Source: Candidatus Kerfeldbacteria bacterium
GTDB lineage: Bacteria > Patescibacteriota > Patescibacteriia > UBA10025 > JAHIVO01
Length of the DNA stretch: 64,000 bases
Direction: 5' to 3'
Assembly: GCA_016214565.1 (NCBI GenBank)
Contig: JACROE010000002.1
Coordinates: 664,007-728,006 of the forward strand
The notes beneath the pieces were generated by a model, which was given only the letters and a program-made list of their open reading frames with translations, was not told the origin of the DNA and did no database searches. The translations under genes and the position numbers were made by a program. Of this stretch, positions 1 through 9,593 are shown piece after piece; the stretch's first letter is position 1, and every line of letters starts with the position of its first letter.

Positions 1-162
1 AATATTGCCATTCGCGCGGGTCATCATTGTGCCCAGCCCTTGCATCAGAAATTAGGCCTCGAGGCTACCGCCCGTGCCAGCGTCTATGTGTATAATACGA
101 CTGACGATATTGATGCGCTCATTGTTGGCATCGATAAAGCTTTGAAACTTTTTGGCGTATGA
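1..162 (+). CDS. sufS: Cysteine desulfurase SufS, C-terminal end (runs off window start)
   Basis: Frame +1 reads [33 protein letters not shown]...; RAGHHCAQP is the group II desulfurase motif; TGA at 160-162 overlaps the next ATG. Confidence 0.93.
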   Translation, partial: NIAIRAGHHCAQPLHQKLGLEATARASVYVYNTTDDIDALIVGIDKALKLFGV

Positions 163-539
163 CATTCGACATGTATCGAGAAATCATCATAGATCACTCG
201 AAGAACCCGCGTAATTTTGGTACGCTGGATAAACCCGACGGCACTGCATCTGCGGAGAATCCGTCATGTGGTGATAATGTTGATTTGCAGTATCACGTCG
301 ATGCAAAGAAAAAAGTCTTGACCGACATCAAATTTACCGGCACTGGTTGTAGCCTGACCAAAGCAGGCGCCTCGGTACTGACTGAGCAGGTGAAGGGCAA
401 GAGCCTGAAAGACATTGCTGGGTATACTGATGATGCCTTTATTGCTGACTTGGGCGTGCCCGTTACCCCCGCTCGTAAGAAATGTGCTCTGCTCGCTTTA
501 CGAACGCTTCGAGAGCAAGTTATTAAGACAACTCAATAA
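159..539 (+). CDS. sufU: Fe-S scaffold / sulfur acceptor, SufU/IscU (NifU_N) family
   Basis: [32 protein letters not shown]; three conserved Cys; no LPPVK motif; coupled to sufS. Confidence 0.88.
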   Translation: MTFDMYREIIIDHSKNPRNFGTLDKPDGTASAENPSCGDNVDLQYHVDAKKKVLTDIKFTGTGCSLTKAGASVLTEQVKGKSLKDIAGYTDDAFIADLGVPVTPARKKCALLALRTLREQVIKTTQ

Positions 540-544
540 AGGTT

Positions 545-573
545 TTGACCATTCGATAGGAAACTGGTAGAGT
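545..573 (+). promoter_or_regulatory. sigma70-type promoter for sodA
   Basis: TTGACC-N17-TAGAGT with TG before the -10. Confidence 0.6.
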
Positions 574-602
574 GTATACGCTAATCAGTAATGATTTTTA
601 TT

Positions 603-1214
603 ATGCCAGAAAAATATATTACCCCGCAATTGCCCTATGCCTACGATGCGCTCGAACCAAGCATCGATCGTGAGACCATGATGATTCATCATGATAAGCA
701 TCATGTTGCCTACACCACCAAATTAAACGAGGCAGTGGAAAAGCACCCCGCATTATTCGAAAAGAACCCAGTTGACTTACTGCGCGATTTGGCTTCTGTG
801 CCAGAGGACATCCGCCCGGCAGTCCGCAATAACGGTGGCGGGCACGTCAATCACTCGTTGTTCTGGGAAATTATGGGACCGCACGCGGGAGGCGAGCCAA
901 GTGGGATTTTGGCGGAAGCAATCAAAGAAACCTTTGGCTCATTTGCTCAATTTAAAGAGCAATTCGCTGAGGCAGCCAAAACGCAGTTTGGATCAGGTTG
1001 GGCGTGGCTGACGGTTACCGCCGATAAGAAACTCCAGATAGAAAAAACGGCGAATCAAGATACGCCCTTATCCGAAGGCCGCACGCCGATCTTGGCGCTT
1101 GATGTCTGGGAGCACGCGTACTATTTGAAATATCGCAATGTCCGACCGGATTACATTGCTGCTTGGTGGAATGTGGTGAACTGGGAGGCGGTTGCGAAAC
1201 GTTATCAGGCGTAA
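603..1214 (+). CDS. sodA: Superoxide dismutase, Mn-type signature
   Basis: [48 protein letters not shown]; start at ATG 603 assumed (ORF open from 591). Confidence 0.95.
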   Translation: MPEKYITPQLPYAYDALEPSIDRETMMIHHDKHHVAYTTKLNEAVEKHPALFEKNPVDLLRDLASVPEDIRPAVRNNGGGHVNHSLFWEIMGPHAGGEPSGILAEAIKETFGSFAQFKEQFAEAAKTQFGSGWAWLTVTADKKLQIEKTANQDTPLSEGRTPILALDVWEHAYYLKYRNVRPDYIAAWWNVVNWEAVAKRYQA

Positions 1215-1220
1215 ACACGC

Positions 1221-1249
1221 TTGAATTTTTTAGGAAAATGTGGTATACT
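1221..1249 (+). promoter_or_regulatory. sigma70 promoter for ferredoxin-dsbA
   Basis: TTGAAT-N17-TATACT with extended -10 TG. Confidence 0.65.
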
Positions 1250-1287
1250 GCTTAGGTAGTTAAATTTTTTATCGTCTCTATACAAAT

Positions 1288-1497
1288 ATGAAAATTGTTC
1301 TTAAGCGTGATAAATGTATTTCAGCCGCAACCTGTGTGGCAATCGCTCCTGACGTTTTTGAATTAGATGAAGAGGGGAAAGTAAAATTAAAAAATGAGCA
1401 TGGCGCTGATGATCAAACGATCATCGACGCGGCGCGGTCATGTCCGACTCAAGCGATCGAAATCTACGATGACCAAGGCAAGCAATTAGTCCCTTAA
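1288..1497 (+). CDS. Small 3Fe-4S type ferredoxin
   Basis: CISAATC..APDVF...CPTQAI. Confidence 0.9.
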   Translation: MKIVLKRDKCISAATCVAIAPDVFELDEEGKVKLKNEHGADDQTIIDAARSCPTQAIEIYDDQGKQLVP

Positions 1498-1515
1498 TCA
1501 GCTGAACGCATTACC

Positions 1516-2202
1516 ATGACAGACGCTGGTATGGAGATATCGCCAACCCCGACCCCTTCATATAAAAAGTGGTTTTTTGTGCTCTTGGGCGTATTTATGT
1601 TAGTCGTAGCGGGCGGCATCTATTTTTATGTATTGATTCAGGACAATGTAACTGATCTGCAGAATGGCAATGTGGATCGGGCGGCGTATCTGGATACTGC
1701 GGATGATCCGGTGGAAGGAAATCCCGATGCCACGATTGTTATTGTTGAGTTCTCTGATTTCCAATGCCCGTTTTGTTTTCAGGCTTTCCCGATCGTACGT
1801 GAATTAATAAATGCATACGGACAAGACGTAAAATTTGTCTATCGTGATTTTCCTATCACTGATTCGCATCCGCAGGCGCAGAAAGCCGCCGAGGCAGGAG
1901 AATGCGCTCATGTCCAGGGGCGTTTTTGGGAAATGCACGACAAGCTGTTTCTCAATCAAAATGACTTGAGCGTACCCTCGCTTAAGCGTTATGCCAATGA
2001 AATTGGGTTGGACACCGAGTTATTCAATCAATGCTTAGACAGCAATGCCTACGCTGATGAGGTGGAGGAGGATTTTGTAGCTGGTCTGGCTGCTGGAGTG
2101 ACGGGAACGCCAACCTTCTTTATCAATGGCCGTCCCTTTACCGGCAGCGTTACCTTTGATCAGTTTGCGGAGATTATTGATCAGTTGAAAGCCATTCAAT
2201 AA
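1516..2202 (+). CDS. DsbA/BdbD-like membrane-anchored thiol-disulfide oxidoreductase
   Basis: N-terminal TM; EFSDFQCPFC; GVTGTPTFFING. Confidence 0.92.
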   Translation: MTDAGMEISPTPTPSYKKWFFVLLGVFMLVVAGGIYFYVLIQDNVTDLQNGNVDRAAYLDTADDPVEGNPDATIVIVEFSDFQCPFCFQAFPIVRELINAYGQDVKFVYRDFPITDSHPQAQKAAEAGECAHVQGRFWEMHDKLFLNQNDLSVPSLKRYANEIGLDTELFNQCLDSNAYADEVEEDFVAGLAAGVTGTPTFFINGRPFTGSVTFDQFAEIIDQLKAIQ

Positions 2203-2237
2203 TTATTGGCTGCGGGACAATATGAGCAGGCGAGCCC

Positions 2238-2265
2238 TTGACGGGGATTTGTTTTTTGGTACAAT
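2238..2265 (+). promoter_or_regulatory. sigma70 promoter for second dsbA-lgt
   Basis: TTGACG-N16-TACAAT. Confidence 0.55.
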
Positions 2266-2298
2266 AGACAAACCTGAATAGTAAATTAATAGCGTTTT

Positions 2299-3072
2299 AT
2301 GCCAACAAATGAAAATCAAAACGGCAGCAACGGCGTTGTCTACCGCACCTCACCCAAGGTGGCTTTTTCGATGGGGATCATGGCCGGTGTGACTCTGGCG
2401 TCTGTAACCGCCTTTGTCATGACCTATGCCTTATTGCAGTCTAATCTTGATGATTCTGGTTCAGCCAGGACTAATACAACCGGAACTGTTGCCGGCGTTG
2501 AAGATACCAATCCGAGTCCGACTGATGCTCCTGCAGCACCGACTGCACCGGTTGACATCACGGTGACTGATCAGGATCATGTTCGTGGCGATAAAAATGC
2601 CCCTGTTACCATCGTTGAATATTCAGATTTTGAGTGCCCATTCTGCGCGCGTCATTTGCCAACAGTTGAAAAAATCATGCAAGAATATGATGGTCAGGTT
2701 CGATTAATCTATCGTCATTTCCCCTTATCGTTCCATCCTCAAGCGCAAAAAGCCGCTGAGGCGTCTGAGTGCGCTTCTGAGCAGGGAAAATTCTGGGAGA
2801 TGCATGATAAATTGTTTGCCATGAATGAAGCGGGCACCTTGAGCCTGGAGAACTTCAAGAAAGCAGCCGGCGAACTCGGCTTGAAGCAAGCCCAATTTGA
2901 CAGCTGTCTCAATGATGGGAAATACGCCGATCGCGTCCAGTCCGATTTCAGTCAGGGATCTCAGTATGGCGTGAATGGTACACCAGCCACTTTTGTTAAT
3001 GGTAAGCTGGTTTCCGGTGCCGTACCGTTTGAAAGTTTTAAAACAGTTATTGATCAGGCTTTAGCCGATTAA
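2299..3072 (+). CDS. Second DsbA/BdbD-like oxidoreductase (paralogue)
   Basis: TM, Pro/Thr linker, EYSDFECPFC, GVNGTPATFVNG. Confidence 0.92.
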   Translation: MPTNENQNGSNGVVYRTSPKVAFSMGIMAGVTLASVTAFVMTYALLQSNLDDSGSARTNTTGTVAGVEDTNPSPTDAPAAPTAPVDITVTDQDHVRGDKNAPVTIVEYSDFECPFCARHLPTVEKIMQEYDGQVRLIYRHFPLSFHPQAQKAAEASECASEQGKFWEMHDKLFAMNEAGTLSLENFKKAAGELGLKQAQFDSCLNDGKYADRVQSDFSQGSQYGVNGTPATFVNGKLVSGAVPFESFKTVIDQALAD

Positions 3073-3086
3073 TCGAGAAATACCCT

Positions 3087-3893
3087 ATGGGGTGGCTTCA
3101 TACGTGGCACCCTTCCCCAATAGCATTTTCTACCAGCTCACTATCCGTGAGCTGGTATGGTTTAGTGCTTGTTGCCGGGGTTGTAGTTGGATTATTACTT
3201 GTGCGGCGGCTGTGGCGGCGTGCGGGAATAGCTCTGGATCATCTGTATGGCATCGTCACCTGGTTGATTATCGGTGGGTTAATCGGCGGCAGGATCGGAC
3301 ACGTGATTGGCGAGTGGGATTACTACAGCGGGCACCTGTCGGAATTATTCTCTATCTGGCACGGCGGATTGGCGATTCAGGGGATCCTGATCGTTGGCTT
3401 GATCATATTGTGGGTGTATACGCGCCGCCAGCGCTTGAGCTTTTGGCAGGTCACTGATTTATTTGTGGTCGTGGTTCCGCTGGTGCAGGCGATCGGCCGC
3501 TGGGGGAATTATTTCAATCAAGAGTTATTTGGGAAGCCGGCCAGCGTCCCGTGGGCCATCCCCATTGATGCGGCGCACCGGCCGGTCGAGTACGCCTCGG
3601 TGGTGTATTTCCACCCTCTATTTCTCTACGAATCATTATTGATGCTGGAGTTATTCATCGTCCTATTTGTGTTATATCGTAAACAAGCGCTGCGTACGGG
3701 GGAATATACGTTGCTGTATTTCATGCTATTTCCCGTGGTTCGGTTCTCGCTGGATTTCCTGAGGATTGATATGTTGGCCGTCGGCCCATTATTATTGTCT
3801 CAGTGGATTAGCATTGCATTTATTATTGGTGCGGGATGGTTATGGTGGCACATTCGACAGCGTCAGACACCATCAGGGGCATCAGAAAGGTAA
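3087..3893 (+). CDS. lgt: Prolipoprotein diacylglyceryl transferase
   Basis: WYG, GGRIGHV, WHGGLAIQG, QAIGRWGNYFNQELFG, HPLFLYE. Confidence 0.95.
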   Translation: MGWLHTWHPSPIAFSTSSLSVSWYGLVLVAGVVVGLLLVRRLWRRAGIALDHLYGIVTWLIIGGLIGGRIGHVIGEWDYYSGHLSELFSIWHGGLAIQGILIVGLIILWVYTRRQRLSFWQVTDLFVVVVPLVQAIGRWGNYFNQELFGKPASVPWAIPIDAAHRPVEYASVVYFHPLFLYESLLMLELFIVLFVLYRKQALRTGEYTLLYFMLFPVVRFSLDFLRIDMLAVGPLLLSQWISIAFIIGAGWLWWHIRQRQTPSGASER

Positions 3894-3896
3894 TAC

Positions 3897-3925
3897 TTGA
3901 CCAATCGGGCCATATCCATTACAAT
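3897..3925 (+). promoter_or_regulatory. Promoter of the tRNA-Met pair
   Basis: TTGACC-N17-TACAAT. Confidence 0.65.
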
Positions 3926-3968
3926 GCCAACCACATCAGCTTTGTGGTTGGTGGATTCATTGACTTAT

Positions 3969-4043
3969 CGCGGGGTGGAGAAGTAGAATCTCGCCGGGCT
4001 CATAATCCGGAGATCGCGGGTGCAATTCCCGCCCCCGCAACCA
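3969..4043 (+). tRNA. tRNA-fMet (CAT), initiator
   Basis: CGCGGGG...CCCCGCA-ACCA with C1:A72 mismatch; anticodon arm CCGGG-CTCATAA-TCCGG; atypical T-loop TGCAATT. Confidence 0.92.
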
Positions 4044-4127
4044 ACTCGTTTTTGCTCTGGGCTTGGTCTCCGAATGTATTCGAAGACGGCGCTCACGGCA
4101 AAGAAGCCTCGTCTATTTATATTACGT

Positions 4128-4204
4128 GGCAGGGTAGCTCAGCTGGTTAGAGCGGAGGACTCATAAGCCTCAGGTCGTGGGTTCGATTCCCACCCCTGCT
4201 ACCA
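4128..4204 (+). tRNA. tRNA-Met (CAT), probably elongator (Ile2 not excluded)
   Basis: GGCAGGG...CCCTGCT-ACCA; GAGGA-CTCATAA-GCCTC; GGTTCGATTCC. Confidence 0.9.
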
Positions 4205-4301
4205 CGCCTTCTCGCAGGCTTTTCCTAATCCGTCAGGGATGGATGAGGGTTATTGAGTATGACACAATTACGCCCCGCGAAGCGAAGGGGAATAATTACT
4301 A

Positions 4302-4428
4302 TGGTGCCGCTGGTCGTCCCGCACCACCTCGTTGCACTTCGGGTGCGGGATCTTCGAGAGTTTCACACTAGTATTGAAATGCCGAGAGGGACCCCGCATA
4401 AACCTCACTTCGTTCGGTTCTACGGGGC
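4302..4428 (-). repeat. tRNA 3'-end remnants each joined to a REP-like hairpin
   Basis: 4302-4316 TGGTGCCGCTGGTCG is identical to 4451-4465 (tRNA-Leu 3' end), then hairpin TCCCGCACC...GGTGCGGGA; a second TGCCGAGAGGG plus CCCCG...CGGGG hairpin follows. Confidence 0.6.
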
Positions 4429-4450
4429 AAGGAATCTCACAATCTTTTTT

Positions 4451-4536
4451 TGGTGCCGCTGGTCGGAGTCGAACCGACATGGGATTGCTCCCACACGATT
4501 TTGAGTCGTGCGTGTCTGCCATTTCACCACAGCGGC
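4451..4536 (-). tRNA. tRNA-Leu (CAA)
   Basis: Reverse complement GCCGCTG...CACGA-CTCAAAA-TCGTG, long variable arm, GGTTCGACTCC, CAGCGGC-ACCA. Confidence 0.95.
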
Positions 4537-4577
4537 GGAAATTTTGTTGTACTGACAAAAGTCGTTGAGTGAGACCC

Positions 4578-4606
4578 ATTGTACGGAAAAATGCTGTTTA
4601 TGTCAA
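4578..4606 (-). promoter_or_regulatory. Promoter of tRNA-Leu, divergent from parA
   Basis: Minus strand TTGACA-N17-TACAAT; a plus-strand TGG-TATAAT at 4615-4623 probably serves parA. Confidence 0.7.
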
Positions 4607-4635
4607 TGATTTTCTGGTATAATGAGAGCACTGAT

Positions 4636-5412
<777 letters not shown>

Positions 5413-5433
5413 GGGTGTTTATTAAATATCATT

Positions 5434-6279
5434 ATGACCAGCACAACATTAGGACGAGGATTAAGTTCTCTCATACCGCCCATGCCGGGCCAGTCGGGCA
5501 GCGCGGGCGGTGAACAAGTACTGCAAATTCCCATTGATCAGATCAAGCCGAACCCGCAGCAGCCGCGCCATCAATTTGATCATGATGCGCTGGATGATTT
5601 GATCCAGTCGATTAAGACGCACGGCATCATTCAACCGTTAGTGGTTATTCGGGTGGGATCCGGGTATCAATTGATTGCCGGTGAACGCCGTTTGCGCGCC
5701 GCAAAAATGCTGGACAAACAAAAGGTACCGGCTGTCGTTCGCTCTGCTTCCGAACAACAACAATTAGAATTGGCGCTGGTGGAAAATGTACAACGCCAGA
5801 ATCTTAACCCGATTGATAAAGCGATCGGCTATCAGCGGTTGATTGACGAATTTAGCATGACCCAGGAAGCCGTAGCCAAACAGGTGGGCCAGAGCCGTGC
5901 AGCGGTGGCTAACGCCGTTCGGTTGTTAGCGTTGCCTCAGCCGATGCGTGATGCGCTGGCCGATGGGCGATTGACGGAGGGGCACGCCAAGGTACTCCTG
6001 AGCGTCAAAACCGATACTGAGCGTGAGCGGATATTTCAGGACATTCTACAGAATAAATTGACTGTCCGCGGGGCGGAAACGCACGTTCGCACCACTACGG
6101 TGCATGGCCATACACGGCGCGCGCAAACCGACCCGAATTTGAAAGCGAGCGAAGAGGCGCTGGAGGAAAAATTGGGCACCAAGGTTCAGCTGAAGCGTAC
6201 CGGTTCCAGTGGCACGATCACTATTCATTTTTATTCACGAGAAGAGCTTGATCAGATAATTCGCACGATTACCTCGTAA
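5434..6279 (+). CDS. parB: ParB/Spo0J
   Basis: LGRGLSSLI, PNPQQPR, GERRLRA, ENVQRQNLNP, HTH. Confidence 0.96.
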   Translation: MTSTTLGRGLSSLIPPMPGQSGSAGGEQVLQIPIDQIKPNPQQPRHQFDHDALDDLIQSIKTHGIIQPLVVIRVGSGYQLIAGERRLRAAKMLDKQKVPAVVRSASEQQQLELALVENVQRQNLNPIDKAIGYQRLIDEFSMTQEAVAKQVGQSRAAVANAVRLLALPQPMRDALADGRLTEGHAKVLLSVKTDTERERIFQDILQNKLTVRGAETHVRTTTVHGHTRRAQTDPNLKASEEALEEKLGTKVQLKRTGSSGTITIHFYSREELDQIIRTITS

Positions 6280-6283
6280 CCAT

Positions 6284-8581
6284 ATGTGGTTCTCTCATTG
6301 GTTGCAGTCTATCCACGACTGGTTCCGACCGGAACCTCGTGAGATACGGTATGTCCGAGGCATCCTCTATGTATTGCTTGGGCTGACACCGATTATTTTC
6401 ATTCCTGGCACGCCATCAATCGTTGAATTGCATAAGGCATTCGTCGTGGTCTGCCTGGCACTGGTAGCCGCCGGTATCTATGGCTGGAGCGTCCTACGTC
6501 ACCATTTAGTGGTGGTAATGCCGCGAATCGTTCAGTGGTTATTGTTGGCTCTGGTTGGGTTTACCGTGTTGTCGTTTGTCCTGGCTCGAAGTCATGCTGT
6601 GGCGCTCACCGGCATCGGTGATATGTACCATAGTGGCGCAGTGCTCTGGTTAGCCTACGTACTGGTGGCGTATTGTTTGGTTTGTGTTCTTCATACGCCC
6701 AGACAGCTGTGGATTACGCTCGGTGCGCTCGTTGGAGGAACGTTCGTTGGGTTGCTTGTCGCCTCCCTGCAATCATTTGAAATATTTATTTTCCCCTGGG
6801 AAAGCACTCAGTATGCGTTATTTTCTCCGCTTGCTAATACTCGCGGCATTGTTTCATTATTGGCGGCGATCATCGCTCTGGGAGCCGGGGGTTTATCTAG
6901 TGCCGTTGCTCGGTCCTGGCGTCTAACGCTGGTAGGTATCAGTGGTGTGGCCGCATTGATTTGGTTTCGTCTGTATCAGCCTGAAACCGCGGTATTGCTG
7001 GGCGCGGGAGCGATCGCTGTCGGTATGGCTCGCGATTGGCACACCCGGCTTACCTGGAAATCAGCGCCGGTGATTCCGGCCATACTCGTTTTGGTAGCGC
7101 TGGGTGCAGGTTTGCTCTATCAGTCCGGCATGCTTACCTATGTCGATTCAGGTAGAGTGGCGCTCGAAACGCCGACCGCATTTGTTTTGGCCCGTGATCG
7201 ATTGATCCAATCGCCCTTCTGGGGAGCGGGACCGAATAATTTCTATTTTGATTTTACGTTACATCGTCCCATAGCTTTTAATGACACGGCGGTTTGGACT
7301 GCGCGATTTGTAAAAACGACCACTGAGTGGCTTGGATTAGCGCATCAATATGGTTTGGGGATGGTATTCGTTTTCATTGGCATTATTGTCTATACCATAC
7401 ACCTCTCATGGCGTGAACGAATACATTCGTTTGCTGGGCATGTTGACTATGCTCGACGGCTGCCGTTGCTGGTGCTTGTTTTATGGTTGATGGTAACGGC
7501 ATATGGGCTGTTTGCTAACGGTTCAGTACTGTATTGGGTATGGTGGTGGGTACTCTGGGCAGCCTGGTGGGTCAGTATGCGGATTGGCATCAATCATCAG
7601 CCGGTAAAGACTATTCATGTGCAATCAAGTAAACCATGGCTCGCCCCGCTTATCTTTGCTGTTGGTTCAGCAGTCGCACTCTTTGGGGTCTATGGCGCAG
7701 TGCGCGTGTGGACCGCAGATATGTATTTTGCGCGCGCCAACCATGAATTAGCGACGCAGGGATCGTTTGATGACATTACCGATTCTGTTAATCATGCGCT
7801 AAAGCTTAATCCCTCTAAACTCGCGTATTACCAGATGAAAGCCGCAGGCTACGCCGAGCGCGCTCAGACCACTGCTGCTCGTGATGGCGTGACCGAGGCG
7901 GTGCAGCACGATGTGCAGGTGGTGATGGATACGCTATCTCAGGGTCAGCGCCATTTGGCGCGCGATCCGGCATACTATGAAATGACGACGGGGATCTATG
8001 ATTCTTTGCGCGGCATTGTTGGCAATGTCGACCAATTGTCAGAACGAGCCTTCAGTCGGGCAGTTGAGCTTGATCCGTATAATCCGCTGGTCAGGCTGAA
8101 TATTGGCCGCGCTTTACTCTTGCATGCCCAGCGACTTATTGAGGTTGGTGAGCCGGTTGATTCAGTCAATCAATTAATTGATCAGGCAATAAGTGATTTT
8201 AATACCGCCAAATCATTGAAGCAGGACTTTGTTGCCCCAGAGTATAATATTGCCATTGCGTGTCAAATGCGTGGCGATAGCGCTGCTGCCCGCGCACATT
8301 TAGAGGAGGCGGTGGCGTCGCATCCGGATGATTATGATTTGCAATACGCGCTGGCCGGTCTGTATACAGACGCAGGGGATTACGATCGCGCATTAAGTCT
8401 GTATGATGGGATTATTGATGTCGTACCAAATCATACCGGCGTATTTTGGCAGCGTTCCATTATTTATGAGGCTCAGGATAACGTACCCGAGGCGATTAAG
8501 GAGATTGAAAAACTGTTAGCCATTGAACCGGATTACACGCCAGCTCAAGAGCGACTCGAGACGCTTCAGCAGGAAGAATAG
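6284..8581 (+). CDS. Polytopic O-antigen-ligase-like (Wzy_C) membrane protein with C-terminal TPRs
   Basis: About 12 hydrophobic segments, PFWGAGPNNF loop, TPR-like helices at the C-terminus. Confidence 0.75.
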   Translation: MWFSHWLQSIHDWFRPEPREIRYVRGILYVLLGLTPIIFIPGTPSIVELHKAFVVVCLALVAAGIYGWSVLRHHLVVVMPRIVQWLLLALVGFTVLSFVLARSHAVALTGIGDMYHSGAVLWLAYVLVAYCLVCVLHTPRQLWITLGALVGGTFVGLLVASLQSFEIFIFPWESTQYALFSPLANTRGIVSLLAAIIALGAGGLSSAVARSWRLTLVGISGVAALIWFRLYQPETAVLLGAGAIAVGMARDWHTRLTWKSAPVIPAILVLVALGAGLLYQSGMLTYVDSGRVALETPTAFVLARDRLIQSPFWGAGPNNFYFDFTLHRPIAFNDTAVWTARFVKTTTEWLGLAHQYGLGMVFVFIGIIVYTIHLSWRERIHSFAGHVDYARRLPLLVLVLWLMVTAYGLFANGSVLYWVWWWVLWAAWWVSMRIGINHQPVKTIHVQSSKPWLAPLIFAVGSAVALFGVYGAVRVWTADMYFARANHELATQGSFDDITDSVNHALKLNPSKLAYYQMKAAGYAERAQTTAARDGVTEAVQHDVQVVMDTLSQGQRHLARDPAYYEMTTGIYDSLRGIVGNVDQLSERAFSRAVELDPYNPLVRLNIGRALLLHAQRLIEVGEPVDSVNQLIDQAISDFNTAKSLKQDFVAPEYNIAIACQMRGDSAAARAHLEEAVASHPDDYDLQYALAGLYTDAGDYDRALSLYDGIIDVVPNHTGVFWQRSIIYEAQDNVPEAIKEIEKLLAIEPDYTPAQERLETLQQEE

Positions 8582-8630
8582 CACGTAGCAAAAAGCCGCC
8601 GTACGTTATTTGTCGTCGGGTTATTGATTA

Positions 8631-9584
8631 TTACTCGGCAGGGATATTCAGTTTGACGCGTAATTGTTTTATCATGTCTGCCACCATCGTCTCCAAGGTG
8701 AAGTGCGGTTGCCAACCCCAGTCGTGGCGTGCCAGGGAGTCATCGATTGAGCGTGGCCATGAGTCAGCGATGGCTTGGTGGAAGTCTGGCGCGTAGGTCA
8801 CCGCAAAACCGGGAATATGTTTTTTAATTTCCGTGACCAGTTCAGCGGGTGTGAAACTAAAACCAGAAATATTATAACTCATATGGGTGGAGAGTGCCGC
8901 GGCATCAGCCTCCATCAGGTCAATCGTTCCTTTGATTGCGTCATCCATGTAGAGCATAGGCAGGGCGCTGTCGGCACGCAGAAAACAGCTAAACGGTTCT
9001 TTTTTAAGTGCAGCATAAAACATGGCAATTGAGTATTCCGTGGTGCCATCGGCTGGTGGAGCAGCATGGCTGATCAGGCCAGGGTACCGAACGCTGCGAA
9101 CATCCACATTAAATTTTTTGTAATAATAGTTACACAGCAGTTCACCTGAAACTTTTGCTACGCCGTAGAGTGTACTCGGCTCCAGTATAGTTGATTGAGG
9201 TGTGTGGTCATGGGGGGTATTTGGGCCAAATGCCGCGATTGAGCTCGGCCAAAAGATGCGTTTAATTTTTAGTTCTCGAGCAAGATCCAAAATATTTTTG
9301 AGGCTCGAGAAATTGACTTCCCAGGCAAGGTCAGGATTTTTTTCACTGGCAGCTGAGAGCATACCGGCTAGGTGGTAGATGGTATCGATCTGGTGTTTTT
9401 GCAGAATAGCGCGTATGGCATCTTGGTTCGTTATATCAAGCGTTTCGGTGGCACAGGGAGAGGCAACCGCAGTGGTTTTGTGAATGGTGATCACAATATT
9501 TTCCGCACCATATTTATGAATCAGCGCCGGGAGAAGTGCGGAGCCGACTTGTCCGGCTGAACCAGTTATGAGGATTTTTGGCAT
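8631..9584 (-). CDS. SDR-type NAD-dependent epimerase/dehydratase, L-threonine 3-dehydrogenase-like
   Basis: TGSAGQVG, PSSIAAFG, YGVAK, RYPGLIS..P.DGTTEY, QAIADSWP, ARHDWGW. Confidence 0.8.
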   Translation of the reverse strand: MPKILITGSAGQVGSALLPALIHKYGAENIVITIHKTTAVASPCATETLDITNQDAIRAILQKHQIDTIYHLAGMLSAASEKNPDLAWEVNFSSLKNILDLARELKIKRIFWPSSIAAFGPNTPHDHTPQSTILEPSTLYGVAKVSGELLCNYYYKKFNVDVRSVRYPGLISHAAPPADGTTEYSIAMFYAALKKEPFSCFLRADSALPMLYMDDAIKGTIDLMEADAAALSTHMSYNISGFSFTPAELVTEIKKHIPGFAVTYAPDFHQAIADSWPRSIDDSLARHDWGWQPHFTLETMVADMIKQLRVKLNIPAE

Positions 9585-9593
9585 AGAAAATAT

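Noticed and set aside
3836-4579. ORFs overlapping the tRNA cluster
   Set aside because: They overlap clear tRNA genes and have no protein features
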